This document shows, piece after piece, positions 34,424 through 44,164 of a stretch of 64,000 nt of DNA. The stretch lies in the IMG/VR virus record IMGVR_UViG_3300036770_001202, one strand, 5' to 3'. The DNA comes from an uncultured virus (IMG/VR IMGVR_UViG_3300036770_001202) (lineage: Duplodnaviria > Heunggongvirae > Uroviricota > Caudoviricetes). Under the pieces are notes generated by a model that saw nothing but the letters and a program-made list of their open reading frames with translations, was not told where the DNA came from and ran no database searches. Position 1 is the stretch's first letter. Each line of letters opens with the position of its first letter. The translations under genes and the position numbers were made by a program.

Positions 34424-35025
34424 TGAACATTTTTTATCTTGACAATGACCCTAGAGTGTGTGCCGAAATGCATTGCGACAAGCATGTTGTCAAGATGATC
34501 ATTGAGTATGCACAGTTAATGTCTACTGCACACCGAATTCTTGACGGTGAAGAGTATATTGATATGACTGCAAATGGTCGTAGAATTAAGCGTTGGCGTT
34601 TGCCTGATGAACGTGAGACAGGTTTGATGAAAGCATCTCACATTAATCATCCATCAAACATCTGGACTCGGTCCAATAACAATAATTACATGTGGCTGTA
34701 TTACCTATGGCGCGCTTTGTGTCTTGAATATACGCATCGATATGGAAAGCGACATGCATGTGAAAAGTATGCTACATTTATTCAGAACATTCCTAAGAAT
34801 ATTCCGCTTGAGTATAATAAAACAGAACCGCCTCCAGCAATGCCAGAAGAATGTAAAATACCTGGCGATTCCCTTGCGTCATACCATAAATACTACATAG
34901 ATAAGAAAGCAAGTTTTGCAAAGTGGACAAAACGCGAAACTCCAATATGGTTTGCTAAAGCACAATTGGCGAATGAACTAGATGCGGAAATAGGAATAGA
35001 AAATGCCGACATATACATTTCATAA
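34420..35025 (+). CDS. Pyrimidine-dimer DNA glycosylase (DenV-like) family
   Basis: MNIFYLD...HCDKHVVKMI.EYAQL...H.NHP...EY..RY.K.H. Confidence 0.8.
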   Translation: MMNIFYLDNDPRVCAEMHCDKHVVKMIIEYAQLMSTAHRILDGEEYIDMTANGRRIKRWRLPDERETGLMKASHINHPSNIWTRSNNNNYMWLYYLWRALCLEYTHRYGKRHACEKYATFIQNIPKNIPLEYNKTEPPPAMPEECKIPGDSLASYHKYYIDKKASFAKWTKRETPIWFAKAQLANELDAEIGIENADIYIS

Positions 35026-35239
35026 TAAAGAAACTGGCGAAACGTTTGAAAAATTTATGAGCATTAGTGGGAGGGAAGAGTTTCTAAAAGAAAACCCTCA
35101 ATATGAGACTTTGATTACGGGCGCTCCATTAATTGGTGATCCAATTCGTCTAGGATTAAGGAAGCCCGACCAGGGCTTTCGTGAGGTCCTTGCTAAGGCT
35201 AAGGAAGCACATCCAAGGGGGAATATTAATACATTTTGA
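35003..35239 (+). CDS. FmdB-like small protein
   Basis: MPTY.F....TGE...GF.EVL. Confidence 0.75.
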   Translation: MPTYTFHNKETGETFEKFMSISGREEFLKENPQYETLITGAPLIGDPIRLGLRKPDQGFREVLAKAKEAHPRGNINTF

Positions 35240-35275
35240 AATGGGGCTGTGTAAAACCAATATAAGGAAACTTAC

Positions 35276-36073
35276 ATGGCTAGAAAATCTGCTGCTCTGC
35301 TAAAAGAACAAGCAAACGCAAATCCTGAATTTTTTGATGCACCAAGTGAAAGACCTACAAAATTAAAATCTATAAACAACAGTTTAAGGATTAGATTGGA
35401 TGATTTAAAGACGTTTCAACCGCTTACTGCAAATCAAAAAACATTTTTTGATGCATACAAAAGAGGAGATTACTTCATAGCATTGCACGGTGTTGCAGGA
35501 ACAGGTAAAACATTCTGCGCCTTGTATAAGGCACTTGAAGAAGTTTTAGACAAAGCAAATTCTTTCAGCAAAATTATTATTGTTCGTTCTGCTGTACCAT
35601 CAAGAGAAGTTGGTCACTTACCGGGTGATCTAAATGAGAAGACTGAAATCTATCGCCAACCCTATCAACAAATTTGTCATACGTTATTTGGTCGACCAGA
35701 TGCATATCAACGATTAGAAGAACAGCACCACATCGAATTTATTTCTACATCATTCATTCGTGGTATGAGTTTCGATGATGCAATCATCATCGTTGACGAA
35801 ATGCAAAATCTAACATACGAAGAAATCGATACCGTCATGACGCGAGTTGGTTATCGCTCCAAAATTATTTGGTGCGGTGACTATCGACAGACAGACTTGA
35901 ACAAGAAGAAAAACGACATGAGTGGTATTCTCAAGTTTTTCGATATCGCAGCGCACATGAATGCATTTACTCGTATTGAGTTTACGGTAGATGACATTGT
36001 GCGTTCTTCATTGGTAAAAGATTACATTCTAGCCAAACTTCAATACGAAGACATTATGGAGGCTGCTAAATAA
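35276..36073 (+). CDS. phoH: PhoH-like ATPase
   Basis: GVAGTGKT, GHLPG, FIRG, DEMQN, GD..Q.D, DIVRS. Confidence 0.95.
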   Translation: MARKSAALLKEQANANPEFFDAPSERPTKLKSINNSLRIRLDDLKTFQPLTANQKTFFDAYKRGDYFIALHGVAGTGKTFCALYKALEEVLDKANSFSKIIIVRSAVPSREVGHLPGDLNEKTEIYRQPYQQICHTLFGRPDAYQRLEEQHHIEFISTSFIRGMSFDDAIIIVDEMQNLTYEEIDTVMTRVGYRSKIIWCGDYRQTDLNKKKNDMSGILKFFDIAAHMNAFTRIEFTVDDIVRSSLVKDYILAKLQYEDIMEAAK

Positions 36074-36103
36074 AAATACAGTAACTCAATAGGAATATGC
36101 AAA

Positions 36104-36772
36104 GTGAATTTTAAACATGTAGGTTGTGATATCGATTATGATTTGACAACAGAAACAATAAACGGAAAACGTTTCTATAAAACACCGGAGGGATTGCTAT
36201 ATCCCTCCGTCACTACCATCACCTCTCAGCACGGTAAGGATAAAATCCTTGAGTGGCGAAAGCGAGTTGGTGAAGCCGAAGCGAATCGGGTTTCCGCTAG
36301 AGCGTCTGGTCGCGGCACCAGAGTTCATAAGTTGTGTGAAAACTATTTGAACAATGAAGAGGACTTTGCGCGAGATACAATGCCTGACGCACTTGTTATG
36401 TTCAAAGCGATTCAACCAATTCTAGATCAGTATATCGACAACATACATGCGCTAGAAGTTCCCCTATATTCAGATCATCTTAAAGTTGCAGGTCGCGTAG
36501 ACTGTATTGCCGAGTTTGACGGAAAACTTTCTGTTATTGACTTTAAGACAGCAAGCAAACCAAAAGAAGAAAAATGGATTCTAAATTACTTCATGCAATG
36601 TTCTGCTTATGCAGTCATGTATGAAGAGAGGACTGGCATACCTGTTCCTCGAATCGCAGTTGTCATTGCAGTTGATGGCGAACAGCCACAAATCTTTGTA
36701 AAGAAGCACAATGATTACATTGGTGATTTTATCAAGTATCGTGAAATTTACGAAGAGGTGAAAGATGAGTAA
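36104..36772 (+). CDS. PD-(D/E)XK exonuclease
   Basis: YPSVTT, RGT.VH, AGRVDCIAE, IDFKT, Q..AY. Confidence 0.9.
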   Translation: MNFKHVGCDIDYDLTTETINGKRFYKTPEGLLYPSVTTITSQHGKDKILEWRKRVGEAEANRVSARASGRGTRVHKLCENYLNNEEDFARDTMPDALVMFKAIQPILDQYIDNIHALEVPLYSDHLKVAGRVDCIAEFDGKLSVIDFKTASKPKEEKWILNYFMQCSAYAVMYEERTGIPVPRIAVVIAVDGEQPQIFVKKHNDYIGDFIKYREIYEEVKDE

Positions 36773-37121
36773 CATGTATATTGACGTTGCAACTTTTATC
36801 GCAGCATGTGAACAAGCAAAGACTGAAGCGAATCGACACTTATATCAGAAATTGATTGTCGAAGAATTTTGGGAATTCATGGACGGCTATAAGAAAGGTG
36901 ATAAGGTAGAAGAACTTGATGCGTGTATGGACATGATTTGGGTGATTCTAGGGTATTGTCATATGCGAGGATTTGACGTAAACGGTGCTTGGAATGAAGT
37001 TGCACGAAGCAATCTTGATAAGATTGATCGAAAGACAATGAAGGTTATCAAGAATGAAGTTGGCAAGGTAATGAAGCCTGAGGGTTGGAAACCCCCTAGT
37101 CTGGAGAAATTTGCAAAATGA
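36765..37121 (+). CDS. MazG/PRA-PH-like NTP pyrophosphatase
   Basis: EE..E...D...D, EV..SN..K, GKVMKP.GW. Confidence 0.8.
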   Translation: MSNMYIDVATFIAACEQAKTEANRHLYQKLIVEEFWEFMDGYKKGDKVEELDACMDMIWVILGYCHMRGFDVNGAWNEVARSNLDKIDRKTMKVIKNEVGKVMKPEGWKPPSLEKFAK

Positions 37122-37894
37122 TTGGACTGATTGGTCACGGTTATATTGGACAGTATATTGCGAAGAAGTTGTCAAGTGATGACTTTAAGTATCTTTGGCT
37201 TAGTCACAAAGATGTAATTCCAAGAGGCGTTAAGTTTATAATTAATGCCGCAGGATACACAGGAGTACCAAACGTTGATGCGTGTGAAATACACAAAGAC
37301 GAATGTGTTCAAGGTAATATTCTATATCCACTTGAACTGGAAAAAAATTTTAACGGACCAATCATCCATATCTCTAGTGGATGCGTATATACAGGATACG
37401 AAAAAGAATTTACGGAAGAAGATGCCCCAAACTTTACCTTCAACAATGCATCATTCTATAGTGCATGTAAAGGACTTGAACAGACGCTACTCAAACCATA
37501 CATGAACAAGTCTTATTTGTTCCGTATTCGTATGCCATTCGGACCAGATAGAACTCAGAAAAATCTCTTGACAAAACTAGAGGCTTATGATAAACTTATC
37601 GACAAAGAAAATAGTGTAACTCAAGTAGAAGACCTAGCAGATTGTGTTACCCATTTCATTGTTAAAAAACCTGCGTATGGTATTTACAATGTAACAAATA
37701 TTGGCAGCACAACCACAAGAAAACTTTCTGATGCACTTGCACTAAACAAAGAATGGATGACTGATGATGAGTTTAGGGCAATCACAAAAGCACCAAGAAG
37801 TAATTGTGTATTGAGTACCAAGAAACTGGAGTCTGTCTATAAGATGCGAAATGTGCAGGATGCAATTATAGATACGGTTAAGCGATATAAATAA
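37118..37894 (+). CDS. NAD-dependent sugar epimerase/reductase (RmlD-like)
   Basis: G.GYIG, NAAGYTG.PNVD.CE, Y...K, R.RMP, PRSNC.L. Confidence 0.85.
   Translation: MIGLIGHGYIGQYIAKKLSSDDFKYLWLSHKDVIPRGVKFIINAAGYTGVPNVDACEIHKDECVQGNILYPLELEKNFNGPIIHISSGCVYTGYEKEFTEEDAPNFTFNNASFYSACKGLEQTLLKPYMNKSYLFRIRMPFGPDRTQKNLLTKLEAYDKLIDKENSVTQVEDLADCVTHFIVKKPAYGIYNVTNIGSTTTRKLSDALALNKEWMTDDEFRAITKAPRSNCVLSTKKLESVYKMRNVQDAIIDTVKRYK
37886..37893 (+). promoter_or_regulatory. T4-type late promoter upstream of tmRNA
   Basis: TATAAATA. Confidence 0.75.
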
Positions 37895-37898
37895 AAAT

Positions 37899-38204
37899 AT
37901 TGCTGTATGAAGCAAAGAGAAAAGTGTTCTGGACGCGGGTTCGATTCCCGCCCGGTCCACCATAAGCATACTAGAGTGACGCTGGGGAAGAGTAATAGTC
38001 AGCGGTAAATAAATCTTCCGAGTATGCTTATGATGGGCCGGACCTGGTTTCGACAGGGCAAAGAGTAACAGAGTGGACAGCACGGTAGGCGATGACCGTA
38101 AATCAAGCAAACGAAGTAAATGCAAACGATGAAAGATTTGCACTGGCAGCCTAAACGCTGACCGGAGTTTTGCTAGTTGAACTTGGCAACAGAATCAACT
38201 AGCA
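37899..38204 (+). ncRNA. ssrA: Circularly permuted (two-piece) tmRNA
   Basis: Acceptor piece ends CCGGTCCACCA at 37962; coding piece starts GGGCCGG at 38035 (G3-U70); tag ANDERFALAA* 38122-38154. Confidence 0.92.
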
Positions 38205-38291
38205 CTTATTCATGATTTGACTTAGTTTAAAACTGATTGAAACTCTATAGATAAAAGTGAGCAATCTCGCTCAATTGACTAGGAGAAAATT

Positions 38292-38363
38292 ATGTGGACT
38301 AAGCCAAATGCTACAGAAATGCGATATGGTTTTGAAGTCACCATGTATATCGCAAATCGATAA
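38292..38363 (+). CDS. pqqA: PQQ precursor peptide
   Basis: MWTKPNATEMRYGFEVTMYIANR with ExxxY; RBS AGGAG; downstream hairpin GGCGGGA-GAAA-TCCCGCC. Confidence 0.92.
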   Translation: MWTKPNATEMRYGFEVTMYIANR

Positions 38364-38407
38364 ACATAACGGCGGGAGAAATCCCGCCACTTCAACTAGG
38401 ATATATT

Positions 38408-38833
38408 ATGGACTACGATTATGAAGCCTATGAACGCTGCATCAAACACCTACTCAATGTTATGTGGCGCGATCCTGATGATCTAGAGATTGGTGAAAAT
38501 ATTTCTGACGTTTGCGAAGTGAAAATTATATTCGATGGTTATGGATATAATGAAGAAACTGACGAACAAGACGATATCAATCTAGAATCTTATGCGATCT
38601 TTATTCACAAAGACGCACTCACAGAAGATTTTGAATTTCCCGAACACGATATGACTCCTTGGGCACTTATACATAGACCTAAGGAAGAGATTTGTATTTT
38701 TGCATGGTATGATGTATCGGAAGATAGATGGGAAATGCAGCCTCTTGAAGACATTGTTGAAAACACCTCTATGAAAGAAGATGATGTAATGCGTATTCTT
38801 TTGGGACTTGAGGAGAAATATTTTGCAGAGTAA
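38408..38833 (+). CDS. Acidic hypothetical protein
   Basis: RBS TAGGA, 141 aa. Confidence 0.75.
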   Translation: MDYDYEAYERCIKHLLNVMWRDPDDLEIGENISDVCEVKIIFDGYGYNEETDEQDDINLESYAIFIHKDALTEDFEFPEHDMTPWALIHRPKEEICIFAWYDVSEDRWEMQPLEDIVENTSMKEDDVMRILLGLEEKYFAE

Positions 38834-39314
38834 AGCAGAATTAGAAGAATGGTATCGTAATCCTGATCCATGGGTATATAAAACAACACCAGCCGATTTG
38901 AAACGCAAAGCAGAAATCATTATGGCTTTGCATCAGGTTAATCAATTTCAAGAATATGAAAGAGCAATTGATATTGGATGCGGCGAAGGATTTGTGACTG
39001 AATCTATACCTGCAAAGATTATTCACGGCATTGAAATTTCTGATCTTGCTGCTTCAAGATTTTCGTCAAACGTAATTCGAGTTCATGAGCCTCAAGACAA
39101 ATATGATCTTGTGATGACAACAGGAACCTTGTATCAGCAATATGATCACAGACAATTCAAAGAGTGGATTGAATCTTGCTCTTCTAAGCACATTCTGATT
39201 GCAGGAATCAAAGATTGGTTAATTCATTATGACTTTGGTAAAATCATTCTAGAAAAAGAATTTTCATACAGAGAATATACACAAAGATTGGTCATCTATG
39301 AAATTAGCACATAA
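38823..39314 (+). CDS. SAM-dependent methyltransferase (NodS-like)
   Basis: DPW.Y, DIGCGEG, EIS..A. Confidence 0.8.
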   Translation: MQSKAELEEWYRNPDPWVYKTTPADLKRKAEIIMALHQVNQFQEYERAIDIGCGEGFVTESIPAKIIHGIEISDLAASRFSSNVIRVHEPQDKYDLVMTTGTLYQQYDHRQFKEWIESCSSKHILIAGIKDWLIHYDFGKIILEKEFSYREYTQRLVIYEIST

Positions 39315-39819
39315 CATCGGATATCATAAGCATCCGAATTATCACACAAGAGAACAAATCATTGCATGTGATGATGCAATTGGATTTGACGGCATCTATA
39401 AAAACGTGTATGATAATCAAGATTGTCTAATCGGTAAGTCTGGCATCATGTTTGTCATGGGAGACTTTTTTGGTAAAGACAATAAGTTTGATCTAGCGCA
39501 TGTGCCAGCACTCGAACAGTATTGCACTCTTGAAGAAGTCCAGGAGTTATGCACCAAATATGATTTTGAACTAGGTTGGCATACTTGGTCGCATCGTGAT
39601 CTATGTAAACTATCTGATGAAGAAATTCGTAAAGAAGTGACTGCACCTTTTCCTTGCAAATATTTTGCATACCCATACGGTACGTTCAATGATAGAGTTG
39701 TTCAAATTGTCAAAGAAGCAGGATATGAAAAAGCGTATAGCGTCACGCAAGGAACTTTAGACTTCAGAGTGCCTGATTATCAATTTAAAATTCATAGGAA
39801 TTATGTTGCATGGATTTAA
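39298..39819 (+). CDS. Polysaccharide deacetylase (NodB-like)
   Basis: FDG, G.HTWSH..L, FAYPYG. Confidence 0.85.
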   Translation: MKLAHNIGYHKHPNYHTREQIIACDDAIGFDGIYKNVYDNQDCLIGKSGIMFVMGDFFGKDNKFDLAHVPALEQYCTLEEVQELCTKYDFELGWHTWSHRDLCKLSDEEIRKEVTAPFPCKYFAYPYGTFNDRVVQIVKEAGYEKAYSVTQGTLDFRVPDYQFKIHRNYVAWI

Positions 39820-40532
39820 AAAGCGTCTATGAAGAGAATGGAATCATTGTAATTCCTAATGTGTTTACTTCAGAAGAATGTGATGAAATTAAACGACAAG
39901 CATATTTGACTGAAGATAAAGATATTGTAAAGGCTGGATATCGTCATGCACCTAGTGAAATGTCATATGGAAAAAAAGAACTGATTTTCTTTCCCGCATT
40001 GGCTAACGATTATCTCAATAAGATTAGAACTGATTCGCGCATGGTGAGTCTGGTTAAGGAATTTATCGGCAATGATGTAAAGCAAATTAATAATCAAATT
40101 TATTTTCGTGAAGCAGGCAGTAAAGATCAATTCGCTTGGCATCGTGATACGATGTTTCGAGAACCCCAAAACTTTAAAGATGATGTTGTAGATGATTACT
40201 TTCAGACAATTATTGCTGTTGATGATATCACCGTTGATAACGGCGCAGTAGAATTTATAGATGGCTCTCACAAATGGGAATATTGGCCTACACCTAGAAA
40301 TCTTAGAATCTTCTCGCGAGGAGAATTTCGAGGTAAAAAGTATACCGCACCAAAAGGCTCTGTGCTAATATGGACAGTTACGATTGTTCATGGAAGTGAA
40401 CCGAACGCATCAAATGCAGATAGAATGACATACATGAATGGATTTTGTCGTTCTAAATCAGCACTCGCATATCCAGACTATTTGATCGATGGAAAAATTG
40501 TTGAACGAATGAATCCTAATATGATACCATGA
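39810..40532 (+). CDS. PhyH-like 2OG dioxygenase
   Basis: WHRD, NGA..FI.GSH, HGS.PN.S...R. Confidence 0.85.
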   Translation: MDLKSVYEENGIIVIPNVFTSEECDEIKRQAYLTEDKDIVKAGYRHAPSEMSYGKKELIFFPALANDYLNKIRTDSRMVSLVKEFIGNDVKQINNQIYFREAGSKDQFAWHRDTMFREPQNFKDDVVDDYFQTIIAVDDITVDNGAVEFIDGSHKWEYWPTPRNLRIFSRGEFRGKKYTAPKGSVLIWTVTIVHGSEPNASNADRMTYMNGFCRSKSALAYPDYLIDGKIVERMNPNMIP

Positions 40533-41137
40533 TTACCGTTGTTATTTCATCTTATAGATACGGACACCTAGCAGCACATTGTATTGAATCAGTTTTAAGT
40601 CAGACAAAAACACCAGAACATATTTTATTTGTAGATGATGGTGCTGGCGACTGCACACATCTACCGAAATTATATCCAAAGGTAGAATACATTCTAAGAG
40701 AAAAGAACTTAGGCACCGTTGATAATTTTCAAGACATGCTGATGAGAGTAAAATCGGAGTATGTCATGTTTCTTGGTGCAGACAACTGGCTTCGTTCTGA
40801 TGCTATAGACTTGCTTTCTGCTACAAAAACTGATATAATGACTTATGATATCGTAGTGACTGGTGAATTGAAGAATGAGATTCGAAATCGTCACCCTAGC
40901 GAAATCGCAGATTATCAAGGCGATATCTATTGGCAGCGCAAAGGTCACCACGGTTCTATGTTGTATCGCACTAAATTGGGTCAAGAGGTTGGATACAAAC
41001 GTTTAGGTAGTGGAAATCACACCCAAGAAGATTGGAATATGTGGAATAAAATGATTTCAAAAGGCGCAACAGTATCATATTTGAATCAAGGGCTACTTTA
41101 TTACCGAAGACACAGAGAAAACTTTTTGAAATACTAA
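40529..41137 (+). CDS. Glycosyltransferase family 2
   Basis: SVLSQT, VDDG, FLGADN, EDW, YYRRH. Confidence 0.9.
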   Translation: MITVVISSYRYGHLAAHCIESVLSQTKTPEHILFVDDGAGDCTHLPKLYPKVEYILREKNLGTVDNFQDMLMRVKSEYVMFLGADNWLRSDAIDLLSATKTDIMTYDIVVTGELKNEIRNRHPSEIADYQGDIYWQRKGHHGSMLYRTKLGQEVGYKRLGSGNHTQEDWNMWNKMISKGATVSYLNQGLLYYRRHRENFLKY

Positions 41138-41197
41138 ATAAAAGACCTGGTAATTTTGCCAGGTATACTCATTACACATCACACACAGGAGAAAACT

Positions 41198-41404
41198 ATG
41201 AGTAAAACACCCTATGAAATCCGTCTAGAACTATTGAAGATGGCACAAGACCAGTTGACTCAGAGGTATTATACCGATCTGAACATTAAGCAGTCTAACA
41301 GTCAACTGAAGAATGAACCTTTGACGGAGGTTCCTGCGTTTCCGACTACGCAGCAAATTCTAACTGAAGCAGAGACACTTAAGGCATTTGTTGACAAATC
41401 CTAA
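41198..41404 (+). CDS. Conserved phage hypothetical protein
   Basis: PYEIRLELLKMA...P....I...A..L..FV. Confidence 0.75.
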   Translation: MSKTPYEIRLELLKMAQDQLTQRYYTDLNIKQSNSQLKNEPLTEVPAFPTTQQILTEAETLKAFVDKS

Positions 41405-41465
41405 TCTCTTCTGTTAGAATAGGGGTAGCGCAATGCTACCCCGAAATAATCAAGAAAGGAGAAAT

Positions 41466-42065
41466 ATGAGAACCTTGAATTATGTAAAGGTTGCAGTATT
41501 TGCACTTACAATCGGAGTAACACTTTATATCGCATCGCAAATCAATTTCGCAACACCACAAACATCACAAGTTAGACAATTCGATCCAATATCAAGTGTG
41601 ATCGATAATAACAAAAGAACAATTTCATTTGTACCAACCGCTGCTGCGGCATCGATGAAAATCGATGAATACTGGCTTGCTTTGAATATCTATTACGAAG
41701 CAGCATCCGAGTCTAGAGTTGGTAAAATGGCAGTAGGTATCGTTACACTAAACAGAGTGAACGATCCTCGATATCCAAAAACAGTAAAAGACGTTGTAAC
41801 TGAGAAAAATCAATTTTCTTGGTACAACGATAGAGTAGTTAAAGCGCCAGCGAACAAAGAAGCATGGCAAGAGTGTTTACAAATTGCAAAAATGCTCTTG
41901 ACAAAAGGTGCGGATAATGATATTATGTTAATGTTAGAGGGTGCAACCCACTATCATGCGACATATGTGAAACCACCTTGGGCAAAGACTAAGACCAAGA
42001 TCGTTCAAATTGGTGAACATATTTTTTATAGATTTGAGAGGAACGATGATGGTAGAAAAATCTGA
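41466..42065 (+). CDS. SleB-like cell wall hydrolase
   Basis: LALNIYYEA..E, V.LNRV, QFSW, GATHYHA.YV.P.W, HIFY. Confidence 0.9.
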   Translation: MRTLNYVKVAVFALTIGVTLYIASQINFATPQTSQVRQFDPISSVIDNNKRTISFVPTAAAASMKIDEYWLALNIYYEAASESRVGKMAVGIVTLNRVNDPRYPKTVKDVVTEKNQFSWYNDRVVKAPANKEAWQECLQIAKMLLTKGADNDIMLMLEGATHYHATYVKPPWAKTKTKIVQIGEHIFYRFERNDDGRKI

Positions 42066-42234
42066 AGCGGTTACGATTAGAATGTATAAGGCGAAGAAAC
42101 TTCCAAGTTGCTATTTCGCATCCAAGAAGGACATGACTATTCCTTCTTTGCGAAGTGCTAAACCGGCAATGAAAAAGGATCGCAATGGTTGTTTTAAATC
42201 TGGACGAATTCTAGCGGTAAGATATTACGAATGA
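42049..42234 (+). CDS. Small basic hypothetical protein
   Basis: Within the operon; ATGA overlap with gene 33. Confidence 0.55.
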   Translation: MVEKSEAVTIRMYKAKKLPSCYFASKKDMTIPSLRSAKPAMKKDRNGCFKSGRILAVRYYE

Positions 42235-42470
42235 ATTTAAAGATACTTACACAAAAAGAATTCGAATCAGAAATTAAAAAGATTCTGAAAGAGAAGCAAC
42301 CGATCACCACACTTGATGCGGTGCTTCTCTATTGCGAACAAAAAGGACTTGAAGTTGAGACTGCTGCATCATTGATTACCCCTAAAATGAAAGCGGTAAT
42401 TGAAGGTGAAGCAATCAAAGCGAAGATGATCACTAACGCGAAGGCAAGACTACCTATTGACGATGAGTAA
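42231..42470 (+). CDS. 33: Late-transcription coactivator gp33
   Basis: F..EI...DAV..YCE...E.E....LI....K..I..EA; synteny with 59 and 32. Confidence 0.8.
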   Translation: MNLKILTQKEFESEIKKILKEKQPITTLDAVLLYCEQKGLEVETAASLITPKMKAVIEGEAIKAKMITNAKARLPIDDE

Positions 42471-43062
42471 AATGGACGCATTTGATGCATACAAGATTTA
42501 TACTGCAATCAAAAACCATTTCGTGCTTGACAGTTACGACTACTTCAAGTATAATAAGAAAATCAATCTAAGTTATGATTCCTTTCTAAAGCGTAAAGAC
42601 AAAATCTTTTTCGCAAAGTTAGGAAATAAAAAGGACAAGTACCTAGAGGATTTTCTGGTTGCAAATTTTTTACATGACCCTAAGATTTGGGTCGGTGAAC
42701 TTCTATCGGAAGAATGTGAAACGAAATACAATAGTTGGAGAAAGAAGCAAGAATCTTTGACTTATGTTTTTAAGAATGAAATGTCATTTATGGAAGGTTG
42801 GGATGCAGACGAATTGAACAATTGGTTTGGAGTAACTCGCGGCGAACACCCAAACATCATCAAGAAATACTTGCGTGGTGAGATTAGCCTAGAGACTCTG
42901 ACAATTCTAAATTCTATTCTGAATTTCACCAAACGATATGACATTGAAGTAACCGATCCAGTCTACAAAGAGGTAAGTAAACTATGCAACAAGTACCAGC
43001 CCTTTTTAAAGTTCGAAAAGCAGAAGGCAAAAAAACTTCTGCGAGAACTCATAACGAATTGA
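42463..43062 (+). CDS. 59: Helicase loader gp59
   Basis: Y.AIKNHF...YDYFKY...F.KRKD..FF.KL, ISLET. Confidence 0.9.
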   Translation: MSKMDAFDAYKIYTAIKNHFVLDSYDYFKYNKKINLSYDSFLKRKDKIFFAKLGNKKDKYLEDFLVANFLHDPKIWVGELLSEECETKYNSWRKKQESLTYVFKNEMSFMEGWDADELNNWFGVTRGEHPNIIKKYLRGEISLETLTILNSILNFTKRYDIEVTDPVYKEVSKLCNKYQPFLKFEKQKAKKLLRELITN

Positions 43063-43199
43063 GACATAAGAAACCTCAAAAAATTTGTTGGCTTCTTATG
43101 TCAAAACCGGATCAGGATCGACTATATACTATAGTAGATTATGATAAAGTGGACAAGTAAACATACATTAACATACGTTTTTATACAAGGAAAATACAC

Positions 43200-44105
43200 A
43201 TGGCAAATTCATTCGCAGACTTGAAGCGTTCTGGTAACAAAGACCTGGAGCGCCTGACAGCAGAAATTACCAAGTTGTCTGACAAGACAGAAGGTAAGAA
43301 ATCCTACGAGGACACTCGATTCTGGAAACCCACAGTAGATAAGGTAGGCAATGGCTCCGCAGTCATTCGCTTTCTTCCCGCACCAGGCGGAGAAGATGTG
43401 CCTTGGGTACAAATTTTCTCCCACTCATTTCAAGGTCCAGGCGGCTGGTACATTGAAAACTCTCTGACTACTCTCAATAAGAAAGACCCTGTTTCTGAAC
43501 ACAATACAGTTCTTTGGAACTCTGGTGTTGAAGCAAACAAGGAAGTTGCGCGTAAGCAAAAGCGCAAGTTGCAATACATTTCAAACATCTATGTTGTTAA
43601 GGACCCTGGTAATCCTGACAACGAAGGTAAGGTGTTCCTCTTCAAGTTTGGTAAGAAAATCTTTGACAAGATCAATGAAGCAATGAATCCAGATTTTGAA
43701 GATGAGACTCCTCTGAATCCTTTTCACCTGTGGGAAGGTGCAAACTTCAAGTTGAAGATTCGTAAGGTTGAAGGATATACAAACTACGACAAGTCTGAGT
43801 TTGATTCTTCAGCACCTCTTTCTCAAGACGATGATGATCTTGAGAAGATTTGGAAGAGCGAGTATGCTCTCTCTGAATTCTTGGATGAAAAGAACTTCAA
43901 GACTTATGATGAACTCAAGGCGCGCCTGAACAAGGTGCTTGGTCTTGATAATGATAACGTTGTTCAGTTGAAGCCAAATCCGCCTGTTGCTACTCGACAG
44001 GCAGTAGCAGAATCTAAGCCAAAGGCAAACGTTGAATCAGCAAAGCCTTGGGCTGACGATGAAGATGATGATGTGAGTTATTTTGAGAAGTTAGCCGAAG
44101 ACTAA
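43200..44105 (+). CDS. 32: Single-stranded DNA-binding protein gp32
   Basis: RFWKP, AVIRFLP, WYIENSLTT, FGKKIFDKI, NYDKSEF, acidic tail. Confidence 0.97.
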   Translation: MANSFADLKRSGNKDLERLTAEITKLSDKTEGKKSYEDTRFWKPTVDKVGNGSAVIRFLPAPGGEDVPWVQIFSHSFQGPGGWYIENSLTTLNKKDPVSEHNTVLWNSGVEANKEVARKQKRKLQYISNIYVVKDPGNPDNEGKVFLFKFGKKIFDKINEAMNPDFEDETPLNPFHLWEGANFKLKIRKVEGYTNYDKSEFDSSAPLSQDDDDLEKIWKSEYALSEFLDEKNFKTYDELKARLNKVLGLDNDNVVQLKPNPPVATRQAVAESKPKANVESAKPWADDEDDDVSYFEKLAED

Positions 44106-44135
44106 AATAGTCTTCATCTCCTTTGTAGTAAGTTT

Positions 44136-44164
44136 GGGGAAGCAGAAATGCTTCCCCTTTTTTT
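44136..44164 (+). terminator. Intrinsic terminator between convergent genes
   Basis: GGGGAAGC-AGAAAT-GCTTCCCC + T run. Confidence 0.85.

Noticed and set aside
36104..36772. Cas4/CRISPR-associated nuclease
   Set aside because: Typical stand-alone T4-like PD-(D/E)XK exonuclease next to phoH; no four-Cys cluster pattern and no array
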